NCBI GenBank assembly: GCA_963836235.1
Contig: CAWIIP010000002.1
Span: 608,001-672,000, forward strand
Direction of reading: 5' to 3'
DNA length: 64,000 nucleotides
Source: an uncultured Pseudomonadota bacterium
GTDB taxonomy: Bacteria > Oederibacteriota > Muellerivitia > Muellerivitales > Muellerivitaceae
Below, in pieces: positions 44,094 to 54,566 of this stretch (positions are counted from its first letter, which is position 1; each line of letters starts with the position of its first letter). Below the pieces are notes generated by a model, which saw nothing but the letters and a program-made list of their open reading frames with translations, searched no databases and had not been told where the DNA came from. Made by a program: the position numbers and the translations under genes.

Positions 44094-44984
44094 TTATATT
44101 GTTTCTTTTTCTAATTCTAATTTAATAATTCTCGGTAACCCCTGTAAATCCCGGTAAAGGCTCTGCTTGTAAGATCCAAAAAGACGAGAAACCGTTTTAT
44201 AACCATTAGCATGAATTTCCAAAAAAGCCCCACCCTCTGGTAAAAGTCTGTTTTCAATCCCATAAAACAGTTCTTCGTAAGCCTTAAACCCCCGATTTTC
44301 GGCATATAAAGCTTCAGGTGGTTCGTAATCCTTAACTTCTGGAGCTAGTTCGTTTTTTTCATCAAACGAAATGTAAGGTGGATTACTAGTGATAACTCCA
44401 AATTCAACTGGATCTCCAGGTTTTAAGGCCTCAAACCAATAGCCTTGACGCCAATGAATGGATGGCGTATCCAGGTTTTGAGCATTAAAGGAAGCAATTT
44501 CAAGAGCCTTTTGCGAAATATCCACCGCCCAAACTCGACAAGGAACATGTTTTGCTATCGCAATGGCAATACAACCACTGCCCGTACCAAGATCTAAAAC
44601 TATTCTTTTTTCTTCAGGCAGTTTTCCAAGACACTCAATCGCACACTCAACTAATTGCTCAGTTTCAGGGCGTGGGATCAAAACTCCTGGTCCAACTTTA
44701 AAGTTGAGTCCGAAAAACTCCCGTTGCCCAGTAATGTATTGAATGGGTTCATGCTGCGATCGGCGTTTTAGAAGATCACGAATAATTTTTAATTCCTGAG
44801 TATCCAGGGGGCGATCAAATTGAAGATAAACCTTCAGTCGGTCCATCTTTAAAGCGTAAGCCATCAGTAATTCAACATCAAATCTCGGATTCTGAATACC
44901 CTTTTGAGTCAGAAAAGGAACCGCCCATTGAATAATTTTCAAGGGAGTCCAAACATTTTGAGATTTCTGATTTCCTTTCATCAA
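44094..44984 (-). CDS. prmC: Release factor glutamine methyltransferase
   Basis: LIPRPETE, LDLGTGSG, SNPPY; follows prfA. Confidence 0.96.
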   Translation of the reverse strand: MMKGNQKSQNVWTPLKIIQWAVPFLTQKGIQNPRFDVELLMAYALKMDRLKVYLQFDRPLDTQELKIIRDLLKRRSQHEPIQYITGQREFFGLNFKVGPGVLIPRPETEQLVECAIECLGKLPEEKRIVLDLGTGSGCIAIAIAKHVPCRVWAVDISQKALEIASFNAQNLDTPSIHWRQGYWFEALKPGDPVEFGVITSNPPYISFDEKNELAPEVKDYEPPEALYAENRGFKAYEELFYGIENRLLPEGGAFLEIHANGYKTVSRLFGSYKQSLYRDLQGLPRIIKLELEKETI

Positions 44985-45013
44985 AACCTTTCTGATTTCA
45001 TCCCTCTAAAAAA

Positions 45014-46081
45014 TCAATCTTGATTCTGTAACTGTTCTTCTTGATAAGCCAAGGCCAATACCTCCATGAATTCGTCAAGAGCTCCATCCATGACTTTGTC
45101 CAATTGGTAAAGAGTCAGTCCAATTCGATGGTCGGTAACCCGATTTTGAGGAAAGTTATAAGTCCTTATCTTTTCGCTGCGGTCACCGCTTCCCACTTGA
45201 CTCTTACGAGTTGCCGAGAGATTAGCTTTAGTTTCTTTATCTGATTTTTCTTGCAAACGGGCATAAAGTACTTTCATTGCCTTCGCCTTATTTTTTAATT
45301 GAGAACGTTCATCCTGACATTGAACTACCAAACCGCTCGGAAGATGGGTTATACGAACTGCGGAATAGGTGGTATTCACGCTCTGTCCTCCTGCACCCGA
45401 TGAGCAAAAAGTATCGATGCGCAGATCTGAATCCTTAATTTGTACATCAATATCTTCAACTTCAGGCAGAACAGCTACTGTCGTCGCTGAAGTATGAATT
45501 CGGCCCGAACCTTCGGTACGGGGCACCCGTTGAACCCGATGGGTGCCACTTTCAAACCTGAATTTTCCGAAAGCCTCCTTACCCATAACCATAAAAACAA
45601 TCTCTTTAAATCCCCCGATTTCTGTGGGACTGGTATCGATCAATTCGATTTTCATCCCGATTTTTTCAATATATCTAGAATACATGCGAAAAAGATCTGC
45701 TACAAAAAGAGCGGCCTCTTCCCCACCTGTTCCAGCCCGAATCTCCATAATAGCGTTTCGACTCCCATTGGGATCTTTTGGAATAAGCAAACGTTTTAAT
45801 TGCTTTTCAATTTCTTCCACTCTTTTTTCCAAGGTTGGCAACTCCACCTGCGCCAAAGTTTTCATTTCGAAATCTGGCCCCTCTAAAAAAGACCGTGTTT
45901 CATTCTTCTCTTGAGTAAATTGCCTATATTCTTTTATTTTTTGCACAAGCGGTTCCAAGTCCGCGCGTTCCTTGGCGACCTTTTGTAATTCCGAGGAATC
46001 GGAAAAGGTCTCTGGATGTATCAACCGATCCGAAAGTTCTTGATATCGCTTTTCAACTTGTTGGAGTTTGGATTCAATCAT
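45014..46081 (-). CDS. prfA: Peptide chain release factor 1
   Basis: GGQ motif, PxT (PRT) anticodon motif, GTGGEEAALF. Confidence 0.97.
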   Translation of the reverse strand: MIESKLQQVEKRYQELSDRLIHPETFSDSSELQKVAKERADLEPLVQKIKEYRQFTQEKNETRSFLEGPDFEMKTLAQVELPTLEKRVEEIEKQLKRLLIPKDPNGSRNAIMEIRAGTGGEEAALFVADLFRMYSRYIEKIGMKIELIDTSPTEIGGFKEIVFMVMGKEAFGKFRFESGTHRVQRVPRTEGSGRIHTSATTVAVLPEVEDIDVQIKDSDLRIDTFCSSGAGGQSVNTTYSAVRITHLPSGLVVQCQDERSQLKNKAKAMKVLYARLQEKSDKETKANLSATRKSQVGSGDRSEKIRTYNFPQNRVTDHRIGLTLYQLDKVMDGALDEFMEVLALAYQEEQLQNQD

Positions 46082-46135
46082 CCCATAGCCTCAAAAAATT
46101 TTTTAAATTTGAAAAAATGCAAAATATGTAAATAG

Positions 46136-46169
46136 AAAAAGCCCCCGGTTTTAATAACCGGAGGCTTTT
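46136..46169 (-). terminator. Intrinsic terminator after rpmE
   Basis: AAAAGCCTCCGGTT-loop-AACCGGGGGCTTTTT. Confidence 0.75.
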
Positions 46170-46186
46170 GAATAGGGTAAAAAAAT

Positions 46187-46498
46187 CTACGAGTTTTTTT
46201 CGGCCGGAGGAGGGACTGCTTGGCGCTTAGCTTTTTTGGCGGCGGCGGCAACCGCCTTAGCTTCTAAGCGAGCTTTTGTTTCAGCCTGGGCCGTGGCGGC
46301 GGTGGCACTCTTCTTTTGGAACTTCTCAACGCGACCAGCCATATCGAGTAATTTAATCTTACCCGTAAAAAAAGGGTGACACGCGGAGCAAACTTCCACC
46401 GAGAATGTTTCACCTTTTGTAGTGGCCGTTTCAATCACATTTCCGCAAACACAAACAACTTTGGTTTTGTAATATTTTGGATGTATTCCTGTTTTCAT
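46187..46498 (-). CDS. rpmE: 50S ribosomal protein L31 (Zn-binding form)
   Basis: [28 protein letters not shown]. Confidence 0.97.
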   Translation of the reverse strand: MKTGIHPKYYKTKVVCVCGNVIETATTKGETFSVEVCSACHPFFTGKIKLLDMAGRVEKFQKKSATAATAQAETKARLEAKAVAAAAKKAKRQAVPPPAEKNS

Positions 46499-46663
46499 TC
46501 CGCCACTCCATTTCCTGATTTCAACTCGTTTCTTAGTTTACTGAACAAAGCCTTGGGCTTTCTCCCTTAAGGGTTGCTTAGTCTATTCAAAAAAATAAAA
46601 AAATCAACCAGGGAAGTAAAGGGGCTCCCGCATAAATCTCTCGACAGGGTTGTTTTCCTAGGA

Positions 46664-47557
46664 TTATTGAACTAAATACAACAATGGATTTTGGGGCTTT
46701 CCATTTAAGCGAACCTCGAAATGAAGGTGCGGTCCTGTCACCCGGCCCGTGTTTCCCACTTTACCAATCAGATCTCCTTTTTTTACCAATTGGTTGGGTT
46801 TTACCAAGATTTCATCTAAATGAGCGTAATAAGAAGTAAGCTTGGCCCCATGATCCAAAATGATAAGCCTTCCGTAGCCATTCCTAAAATTAGCAAAAAG
46901 GACCCGTCCATCTTGGGCCGCCAATACACAGGCACCTAAACCCGGAGCTAAATCTAACCCCTCATGAAATGCCATCTTGTGGGTAATCGGATGGATTCGA
47001 TAGCCGAATCCATCCGCAAAACGACCTGTAGTAGGTTTGAGGAAACCTTTTTGAATTCCTAATGAGTCTAAGGCGAGCCATCGAACATCTTGCCGGGTAA
47101 GATAAACCCCGCCTGGTAAATAGAGAACTTCGCCCGGTTGTAAATCAGAATCATCTTTTTTTTGATTGGCTTGAAGTACTATCTTCAATGTTACTTCGTA
47201 AGTCCGGGCGATATCCGCCAAACCCTGTCCTAAACGGACTAAGTGAAAAATTCCATCTTTAGACGGAATAAAAATCGGAGATCCTTCTCGTGGAAGGGAA
47301 TTGTCGTTGGCTTGGTTTAAACTTCGAAGAGTAGTCTCTAACAGATGATACTTTCGAGATATGCTTAAATAAGTATCCCCCAAAATTGGATGATAAATGA
47401 AAAAGCGAATTCCAGGAATTTGAAAAAAAGGCGTAAAGTCCTCGAGATTCGTTTGTTGGGATGGTGGGGGAGCCGAAACAGCCGAAAGAATTTCAGGCTT
47501 CATGGCTCGAGCAACCAAGAAAAACATTGTTATCAACAAAATGGCCAAAATACCCAC
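46664..47557 (-). CDS. LysM-containing M23 family peptidase
   Basis: HEGLD, YAHL, TGPHLHFE zinc motifs; two LysM-like repeats; start uncertain. Confidence 0.9.
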   Translation of the reverse strand: MGILAILLITMFFLVARAMKPEILSAVSAPPPSQQTNLEDFTPFFQIPGIRFFIYHPILGDTYLSISRKYHLLETTLRSLNQANDNSLPREGSPIFIPSKDGIFHLVRLGQGLADIARTYEVTLKIVLQANQKKDDSDLQPGEVLYLPGGVYLTRQDVRWLALDSLGIQKGFLKPTTGRFADGFGYRIHPITHKMAFHEGLDLAPGLGACVLAAQDGRVLFANFRNGYGRLIILDHGAKLTSYYAHLDEILVKPNQLVKKGDLIGKVGNTGRVTGPHLHFEVRLNGKPQNPLLYLVQ

Positions 47558-47597
47558 AACGAAAAAGTAAATCCGCCGGACAAAAGAGTCAATAGAC

Positions 47598-48857
47598 TTA
47601 TTCGTTGGCGGTACCCTTCATAGAATCCAAAAAAGATTTATTAGATTTAGTACGACGCATTTTATCTAATAGAAATTCCATGGCGTCCACAGGATTATTC
47701 GGATTCAGAATTTTTCGCAAAATCCAAACCTTATTAAGTTCTTCTTCGGTGAGAAGTAATTCCTCCCGGCGCGTTCCTGAACGAGTAATGTCAAAAGCTG
47801 GGAATACCCGCCGATCCGCTAATTTGCGATCCAAGATAATCTCCTGGTTCCCCGTTCCCTTGAATTCTTCGAAAATCACTTCATCCATCCGGCTACCGGT
47901 ATCAATGAGTGCTGTTGCCATTATGGTCAAACTACCTCCTTCCTCGATGTCACGAGCGGCCCCAAAAAACCTTTTCGGTCGTTGGAGGGCATTTGAGTCG
48001 ACCCCACCGGAGAGGACTTTTCCGGAAGAAGGTACAATCGTGTTATAGGCTCTTCCCAAGCGGGTAATGGAATCCAAAAGAATAACGACATCCTTTTTAT
48101 GCTCAACAAGACGTTTGGCTTTCTCAATAATAATTTCGGCGACCGTAACATGACGTTCGGGGGGTTCATCAAAGGTGGAAGAAACAACTTCACCCTTCAC
48201 CGACCGCTGCATATCAGTGACTTCTTCAGGTCTTTCATCAATTAGGAGAACGATCAGATAAACTTCGGGATGATTTTTTGCAATGCTATTGGCAATTTTT
48301 TGCAGAAGTATCGTTTTTCCCGTACGGGGTGGCGCAACGATTAAACCACGCTGACCCTTTCCCAAAGGAATAAGGAGATCCATAACCCTCATGGATAAAT
48401 CATCCGGAGTTGTTTCTAACCAAATCCGTTTGTTTGGGTAAATCGGCGTTAAGTTATCAAAAAGGACCTTTTGCTTGATAGCATCTGGCGGTTCAAAATT
48501 AATGGAGTCTACTTTTAACAGTGCAAAATATCTTTCTCCTTCTTTGGGAGGTCGAACTTGGCCCGTTACTGTATCTCCTGTCCTTAAGTTAAACCGGCGG
48601 ATTTGAGAAGGAGAAACATAAATGTCATCAGGTCCCGGCAGGTAGTTGTAATTGGCGGACCGAAGAAATCCAAAACCATCGGGCAAAATCTCAAGCACAC
48701 CTTCGGCATTGATGACACCGTTTCGTTGGGTTTGAGTCTCCAGGATTTTGAAGATCAAGTCCTGTTTTTTCATAGCGCTAACACCTTCAAGGTTCAGCTC
48801 CCGGGCCACCTCAGTCAACTCCGCAATGGTTTTTTTCTTCAAATCCGCAATATCCAT
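47598..48857 (-). CDS. rho: Transcription termination factor Rho
   Basis: [35 protein letters not shown]. Confidence 0.99.
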   Translation of the reverse strand: MDIADLKKKTIAELTEVARELNLEGVSAMKKQDLIFKILETQTQRNGVINAEGVLEILPDGFGFLRSANYNYLPGPDDIYVSPSQIRRFNLRTGDTVTGQVRPPKEGERYFALLKVDSINFEPPDAIKQKVLFDNLTPIYPNKRIWLETTPDDLSMRVMDLLIPLGKGQRGLIVAPPRTGKTILLQKIANSIAKNHPEVYLIVLLIDERPEEVTDMQRSVKGEVVSSTFDEPPERHVTVAEIIIEKAKRLVEHKKDVVILLDSITRLGRAYNTIVPSSGKVLSGGVDSNALQRPKRFFGAARDIEEGGSLTIMATALIDTGSRMDEVIFEEFKGTGNQEIILDRKLADRRVFPAFDITRSGTRREELLLTEEELNKVWILRKILNPNNPVDAMEFLLDKMRRTKSNKSFLDSMKGTANE

Positions 48858-49099
48858 AATCCCTAAAGTCCTTTCTAAAATATCAGCGGGTTATACAAAT
48901 CCAAAACTAATGGAATTATTGAAATTCTAAAAAAAATCATTATGAATTTTCACTTGAGATCGCATCAATACTGTCAAATCCAACCAAAAAAATTGGGTTT
49001 AAAATCCATTTCTATGAACATTTATAGACGTTCTTTGGGGATTGGTCCGTTGGGAGTACATGATTGGGGATAACGCTTGGCGTCTTTGAAGTCGAATTA

Positions 49100-49127
49100 A
49101 TCTTATCATGCTAAATGAGCCTGTCAA
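49100..49127 (-). promoter_or_regulatory. Putative rho promoter
   Basis: TTGACA, 16 nt spacer, extended -10 TG-A-TAAGAT. Confidence 0.6.
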
Positions 49128-49147
49128 CCATTTTTCCATCAACCTTT

Positions 49148-50542
49148 TTAAAATGGATAGGCTACAATTCGGTTCCGGCCTCTGCCTTTAGCCGCATAAA
49201 GTGCCTTGTCCGACTTGCTAATTAGGTCCAAATTCGTGAGAGCATCTTGGGGGAAAGTAGCCACACCAATGGACACCGTAACCCTCGTCATTTCCTTGCC
49301 AACCGAAAAAGAATTAGATTCAACAGCTTTTCGAATTTTTTCCGCTAATTCCATCGCCTGTTCCTTAGTGGTTTCTGGCGCAATTAAGACCATTTCTTCT
49401 CCACCATAACGAGCCACCAAGTGGTTCATCCCAGCTTGTCCCTTCAAAATCTTGGCAACTTCCATCAACACATGGTCTCCAGCAACATGGCCATAAGTAT
49501 CGTTGTAATGCTTGAAATGGTCGATATCTAGGATTAAAAGGCTTAGTTGGGAAGAATAACGGTTGGCTAGAATCAACTCCTCTTCCAACCGCTGTTTGAA
49601 ATAGCGATGAGAATATAACTTGGTCAAACCATCGGTAATAGATAATTTCTGGACTTTTTCATACAGTAGTGATTTTTGAAGCCCAATGGAAATCTGATTA
49701 CAAAAAACCTGAAGATTAGAATATTTTTCCTGGTCAATGAAATTTTCTTGTGAAGAAAAAGAGCACAAAAAACCAATAACCCTATCTTGGATCAGAAATG
49801 GAAGAAATGCAAAAGAGCGCACGGCCAAATTTCGTAATTTTGAAAAATGATCCATCTCCCCCACCAACGGAACTAAAACAGGCTTTCTTTCGCGTGCTAA
49901 AATGGCTGCCAAACCATTCGACTCCATATCCATTTCAAAAGACCTAAAAAGAGAATCATCGCATCCAGAAGCAATCCTGATTTCATATTTCCTTCCATCA
50001 GTGGAAAGCACAGCAATAATAAAATGCGGAAGATCAAACATTCTTTCAGTGAATTCCTTAGTCAACTCAATCATCTCCTGAACATTGAGGGTACTTCCCG
50101 CATCCTTAATAACATCGTACAAATGCTCGATTTGACGGAGTTGTTTTTCAATTTGAGTGTTCTCTTTTTTTATATTCTCCGCAACACCCCTAAAATTCTC
50201 ATACTCGGCTTTTTTCGATTCATGTTGATTTTTAAACCTGGTTTTAATTTTACGGAAACTCTCTTTAATGAATGCTGGCGCCCAATAAAGAATAACGAGA
50301 GCAGTAATTTCGGGGAAAATCCAGTTTTGTTGATAGCGATGGGCCACCAATCGCCCGAACACCAATCCAAAGCTATAGCCACCCAAAAACCATGCACCTG
50401 TAATTGGAAACGAAAAACGCATAAACCCTATAAAAAAAAATGGAAGACAAACAAAAAAAGCGCCAGGTCCGGGCAAAAGTGCGATTCCCAAAACTGCTAT
50501 GACAAGAAATAAACCCAAAATTTTCTGTGATAGATCCGTCAT
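49148..50542 (-). CDS. Membrane-anchored GAF-GGDEF diguanylate cyclase
   Basis: DGLT.L, DIDHFK..ND.YGH..GD, RYGGEEM; ATG 50542 overlaps the upstream TAA. Confidence 0.9.
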   Translation of the reverse strand: MTDLSQKILGLFLVIAVLGIALLPGPGAFFVCLPFFFIGFMRFSFPITGAWFLGGYSFGLVFGRLVAHRYQQNWIFPEITALVILYWAPAFIKESFRKIKTRFKNQHESKKAEYENFRGVAENIKKENTQIEKQLRQIEHLYDVIKDAGSTLNVQEMIELTKEFTERMFDLPHFIIAVLSTDGRKYEIRIASGCDDSLFRSFEMDMESNGLAAILARERKPVLVPLVGEMDHFSKLRNLAVRSFAFLPFLIQDRVIGFLCSFSSQENFIDQEKYSNLQVFCNQISIGLQKSLLYEKVQKLSITDGLTKLYSHRYFKQRLEEELILANRYSSQLSLLILDIDHFKHYNDTYGHVAGDHVLMEVAKILKGQAGMNHLVARYGGEEMVLIAPETTKEQAMELAEKIRKAVESNSFSVGKEMTRVTVSIGVATFPQDALTNLDLISKSDKALYAAKGRGRNRIVAYPF

Positions 50543-51999
50543 TAGGAAGTTCCCGTCTTCGCTAAGCGCACACAATTTTTACCATCGTCCTTTGCTTGAT
50601 ATAAAGCCTGGTCGGCGGAATCAATGAATATCTCAACGTCTTTAAAAGCTGGATTCAGTTCAGAAACACCAATACTAACGGTAATATGAGTGGACTGTTG
50701 CGAAGCAATGATCTCCTGCTCAGCCACTTTTTGCCGGATGCGCTCCGCAACGGTTTTCGCGCCAGACCAAGGCGTCTTAAGCAGGAGAACAGAAAATTCT
50801 TCCCCACCATACCTGGCAACCAGATCCACCGTCCGAACGGTTTCCTTAAGCACTTGGGCCACCACTTTCAAAACCTTATCTCCCACGAGATGGCCATATT
50901 TGTCGTTATAGCTTTTAAAATTATCAACGTCGATCATCATGAGACAAAGGGGGAGTTTATGCTCCAAGGCCCGGAAAACCTCATCACGAACCCTTTCCTT
51001 GTAGTAGCGCTGCACATAAAGACCTGTAAGTCCGTCGGTAATTGCCAATTCAATGGTTTGCCGATAAAGTGCGACATGTTCTAAGGCCACGGTTCCTAAA
51101 TCACTAAAATTCGAAAGCAACCGAGCATCATCCTGTCGGAACGCTGTCGAAAAACAGCTTTCAATGCGGATAAGCCCCAATATTTCATTGCCCGCCATAA
51201 GAGGAGCGGACATCAGGCTCCGAATCTTGTTTTCAGAAGAATAGTTCTGAAACCGAAAGTCATTGCTTGTATCACTGATAAAAAGAGGCTTTCCCTGGGA
51301 CACCACCCAAGTATTAAAAATCTCTTCGGGATTGAGCCGCTCCCGATTCAACCTGACTTCCATTTCTGTATCCACGCTATAACGAACTGAGTGAAGTGCC
51401 TTTCCAATCGTACTATCGAATAGTAAAAGGGTATACACTCCTCCCTGCACCATAAAGGTTTTTGAAATCGTTTCAATCAAAAGGACTACTACATCTTGGG
51501 TTTTAAAAGTCATGGCCAGACTTCGAGCCAGTTCGTTCAAGGCGGTATAACGCTGGATTTTCATCAGGTTAGACTGATGGGCCACCTTGATTTTCTCATA
51601 AGAGATTCGGGTGTCGTTCATGTTCAATTCGAGTTCCTCTTGGGCTTTCTGAAACTGAAATTCCTGTAGCTCATTTTGGCGAATCCATCGATACCAACCG
51701 TAATAATTGACGCTTAAACCCAGGACAAAGGTCGCCGCAACCCAAGGCGGAGAAGAAACACTTACGAGATTGATAATGGAAACCACAATAACAACGACCG
51801 TCAGAACGGCGGTCGTATTCAACCCTAAAAGCACACCAGAAAGGGTTAAAGGAACAAAAAAAAGAAAAAGAGGCGATAAAAGGTTTTCACCTCTTTGTGC
51901 GGCTGAATAACAAACCGTGATAGCAATCAGCAAAGTTGTAATAACGATAATCCATCTTTGTTGAATTTTTAAGTTTTCGAGATTAAATAGTTTTTTCAT
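50542..51999 (-). CDS. Membrane-anchored GAF-GGDEF diguanylate cyclase
   Basis: DGLTGL, DVDNFK..ND.YGH..GD, RTVD...RYGGEEF; start probably ATG 51999. Confidence 0.9.
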   Translation of the reverse strand: MKKLFNLENLKIQQRWIIVITTLLIAITVCYSAAQRGENLLSPLFLFFVPLTLSGVLLGLNTTAVLTVVVIVVSIINLVSVSSPPWVAATFVLGLSVNYYGWYRWIRQNELQEFQFQKAQEELELNMNDTRISYEKIKVAHQSNLMKIQRYTALNELARSLAMTFKTQDVVVLLIETISKTFMVQGGVYTLLLFDSTIGKALHSVRYSVDTEMEVRLNRERLNPEEIFNTWVVSQGKPLFISDTSNDFRFQNYSSENKIRSLMSAPLMAGNEILGLIRIESCFSTAFRQDDARLLSNFSDLGTVALEHVALYRQTIELAITDGLTGLYVQRYYKERVRDEVFRALEHKLPLCLMMIDVDNFKSYNDKYGHLVGDKVLKVVAQVLKETVRTVDLVARYGGEEFSVLLLKTPWSGAKTVAERIRQKVAEQEIIASQQSTHITVSIGVSELNPAFKDVEIFIDSADQALYQAKDDGKNCVRLAKTGTS

Positions 52000-52046
52000 A
52001 AAAAAATTTAAAATCTGCCTTTCGTAAAACACGGAATAATGAAGTC

Positions 52047-52661
52047 TCATTCAAATCTCTTGAGCCACTGGTTAACTGCGTATTTTAAATGTTTTCGTCC
52101 ACTTTGGTTGAAAATGATCCAATCCGCCCTCGAGTTCTTTCGACTTTGGGACCATTGGGCATTTTCTCTGAGCCGGATTTCAGGTAAATCCCACCCTCTT
52201 TTTAGAAGCCGCTGTTGCCTCTGATTGCGGGGAGACGAAACACTAAGTATTCGGTCAAAAGCCCTGTTGTATCCACGTTCAAACAACAAAGGCACTTCAA
52301 CAACTACCATGCGATAAGGCGAGGCCTTACGGGTTTGCCGGTTAATCCATTTGGCGACTCTTTTACGAACTTCTGGATGGAGAATTTCATTTAATCTCTT
52401 TCGTTTACCGGGAGCATTAAAAATCAGAGAAGCTAGCTTTTTTCGGTCAATAATTCCACGCCGGTTTAGAATGCCTGCCCCAAATTGTTCGGTCAGAGCT
52501 ATCGAGAATTTTTTTTCCTTTAGAATTTGGTGGCTCAAAATATCCGTTTGAAGAACAGGAATCCCTTTTTCTTTGAGAAGTCTCAAAACCAAACTTTTCC
52601 CCGCCCCCAGTCCGCCCGTTAAACCCACTTTGAGCGGTTTCAGCATTTCCGCACTCCCCAA
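52047..52661 (-). CDS. coaE: Dephospho-CoA kinase
   Basis: VGLTGG.GAGKS, IDRKKL...IF, HP.V, VPLLFE. Confidence 0.93.
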   Translation of the reverse strand: MGSAEMLKPLKVGLTGGLGAGKSLVLRLLKEKGIPVLQTDILSHQILKEKKFSIALTEQFGAGILNRRGIIDRKKLASLIFNAPGKRKRLNEILHPEVRKRVAKWINRQTRKASPYRMVVVEVPLLFERGYNRAFDRILSVSSPRNQRQQRLLKRGWDLPEIRLRENAQWSQSRKNSRADWIIFNQSGRKHLKYAVNQWLKRFE

Positions 52662-52717
52662 AATTTTATTATAAGCACTAAGGTGTTGCGGATTCCTGGC
52701 GACCGGAAAGAAATGAT

Positions 52718-53569
52718 TTATAAATTCGTTTGTTGCATAAAAGCTTCGTAAGTATTTTTCATCAAAAGGGCGATCGTCATAGGTCCCACGCCGCCCGGCA
52801 CCGGGGTAATCGCCGACACCTTGGGGGCAATAGTTTCAAAATCCACATCTCCAACTAGTTTTCCTTCAGGGGTCCGATTGATCCCAACATCCACGACAAC
52901 CGCTCCATTTTGAATCATGTCTGCTGTCACAAAACGAGGTTTTCCAATGGCAGCGACCACCAACTCGGCTTCAAGAATAACTTCACCAATTTTTCGGGTT
53001 TTACTATGACATATCGTAACGGTTGCGTTGGCTTCCACAAGAAGTTGGGCCATGGGTTTTCCCACCATGATACTCCTCCCAATCACCACAGCTCTTTTCC
53101 CTGAAACGGGCACTTTGTAATAATCCAACATGGCCATGACCCCGGTGGGTGTGCAAGAGCGCAAACCCGGTAAACCGGCGACAAGTTTCCCAAGGCTGTA
53201 AGGATGCATTCCATCCACGTCCTTGCGGGGATCGATAGTCTCGATGACTTTTTGAGTGTTCAAGTGCTTTGGCAGCGGTAACTGCACAAGTACGCCATGA
53301 ATTTTTGGATCTTGATTTAAAGTCTGGATTAAGCTTAATAAATCGCTTTCAATTATTTCTTTGGGCAGCCGATGTTCTTCAGAATAAAACCCAAGTGCCT
53401 CGCAGGCTTTTTTCTTGCGGCCCACGTAAATGGCGGAAGCGGGATCATCGCCTACCAACACTACAGCTAAACCTGGTCTCTGCCCGTTGGATTGAACATT
53501 TGCCAAGCTTTTAACAACTTGTTCTTGGACTGCCTTAGCGGCTGCGTTTCCATTTAAGATCAAAGCCAT
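52718..53569 (-). CDS. folD: Methylenetetrahydrofolate dehydrogenase/cyclohydrolase
   Basis: VQLPLP, KDVDG, GRS..VGKP, TPVPGGVGPMT; ATG 53569 after GGAGG. Confidence 0.97.
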   Translation of the reverse strand: MALILNGNAAAKAVQEQVVKSLANVQSNGQRPGLAVVLVGDDPASAIYVGRKKKACEALGFYSEEHRLPKEIIESDLLSLIQTLNQDPKIHGVLVQLPLPKHLNTQKVIETIDPRKDVDGMHPYSLGKLVAGLPGLRSCTPTGVMAMLDYYKVPVSGKRAVVIGRSIMVGKPMAQLLVEANATVTICHSKTRKIGEVILEAELVVAAIGKPRFVTADMIQNGAVVVDVGINRTPEGKLVGDVDFETIAPKVSAITPVPGGVGPMTIALLMKNTYEAFMQQTNL

Positions 53570-53705
53570 GTTTCCTCCCGGGAAACGGAAATAGGATCGA
53601 ATCGCTTTGTCATCGGTTTGCTTCAGGAAGTAGGGGAGTAAAGAAGGCAAGCCGTGGTTATTTTAACGATTGATTTTTTTGAAACAAGGGATTTAACAAC
53701 AAACA

Positions 53706-54566
53706 TTAAAATGAAGTACCCTGAAGCGCCCACTTCCGGTAATATTGCCAAAGTCGAAGTGTGAAGAGCGCGGGACGGTTTAGAAGGCGACCTTGTAAAT
53801 GGGAAGCGCTCATAATTCCTACACCGGAACCGGTAAAAAACAATTCACCTTGCTCCATAACATCCGAAGGCTTCCAACTTTTCTCAACCACCTTCGTTCC
53901 CAACCTACGGCACAAACCCAGGATTTTTTTTCGAGTCACACTTTCCAATCCACCGCGTGCTAAGGGCGGAGCCAAAACCTTTCCGTGGGCGAACCATAGC
54001 GGCGACGAGCTGCCCCCGTCTACCACAAAACCTTTTTGATCCAAGCGGAGAATCTCATCCCATTCGGGGTGCCGACGAAAATCCTGACGGATCATCATAT
54101 AAAATATCCATTTAAACTGACCCGGTGCAGAACTCGAACCAGGAACCGACCAACTACTGATCCCCACTTTACCTTGAAGTGGCTCAAAATTCCCTGGATC
54201 GCTCCTCAGCGGTCGAATCATAGCCAGCAACCGGGGAGCCTCATTGGAAAAATGTCGTGGATTAGCTGGCGGGGCTATCTCCTGCGCCAAACTAAACCGA
54301 ATGGTGAAATGACGTGGTGCCTCTGGTTGGGCCGCATATAATCTTATGGCTTTTCTAAATCTTTCACGAGGAATCACCGGCCAATCCAAAAATCGGCATC
54401 CTCTTTCGAGCCTATCAAGATGTTCCTTAAAAAAAAGTGGCTTACCTTGATAAACCGGAATGGTTTCCAACAAGGATTCCCCAAAGAAAAGAGCCGTATT
54501 CAAGGGTGAAAACCGGGCTTTCCTTAAGGAAACCAACTTGATATCCACGAACAAAAGATCGGTCAT
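53706..54566 (-). CDS. pabC: Aminotransferase class IV, probable 4-amino-4-deoxychorismate lyase
   Basis: G.SLLET, EHLDRL..G, GL.SVTR; coupled to the pabB-like gene; divergent. Confidence 0.7.
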   Translation of the reverse strand: MTDLLFVDIKLVSLRKARFSPLNTALFFGESLLETIPVYQGKPLFFKEHLDRLERGCRFLDWPVIPRERFRKAIRLYAAQPEAPRHFTIRFSLAQEIAPPANPRHFSNEAPRLLAMIRPLRSDPGNFEPLQGKVGISSWSVPGSSSAPGQFKWIFYMMIRQDFRRHPEWDEILRLDQKGFVVDGGSSSPLWFAHGKVLAPPLARGGLESVTRKKILGLCRRLGTKVVEKSWKPSDVMEQGELFFTGSGVGIMSASHLQGRLLNRPALFTLRLWQYYRKWALQGTSF

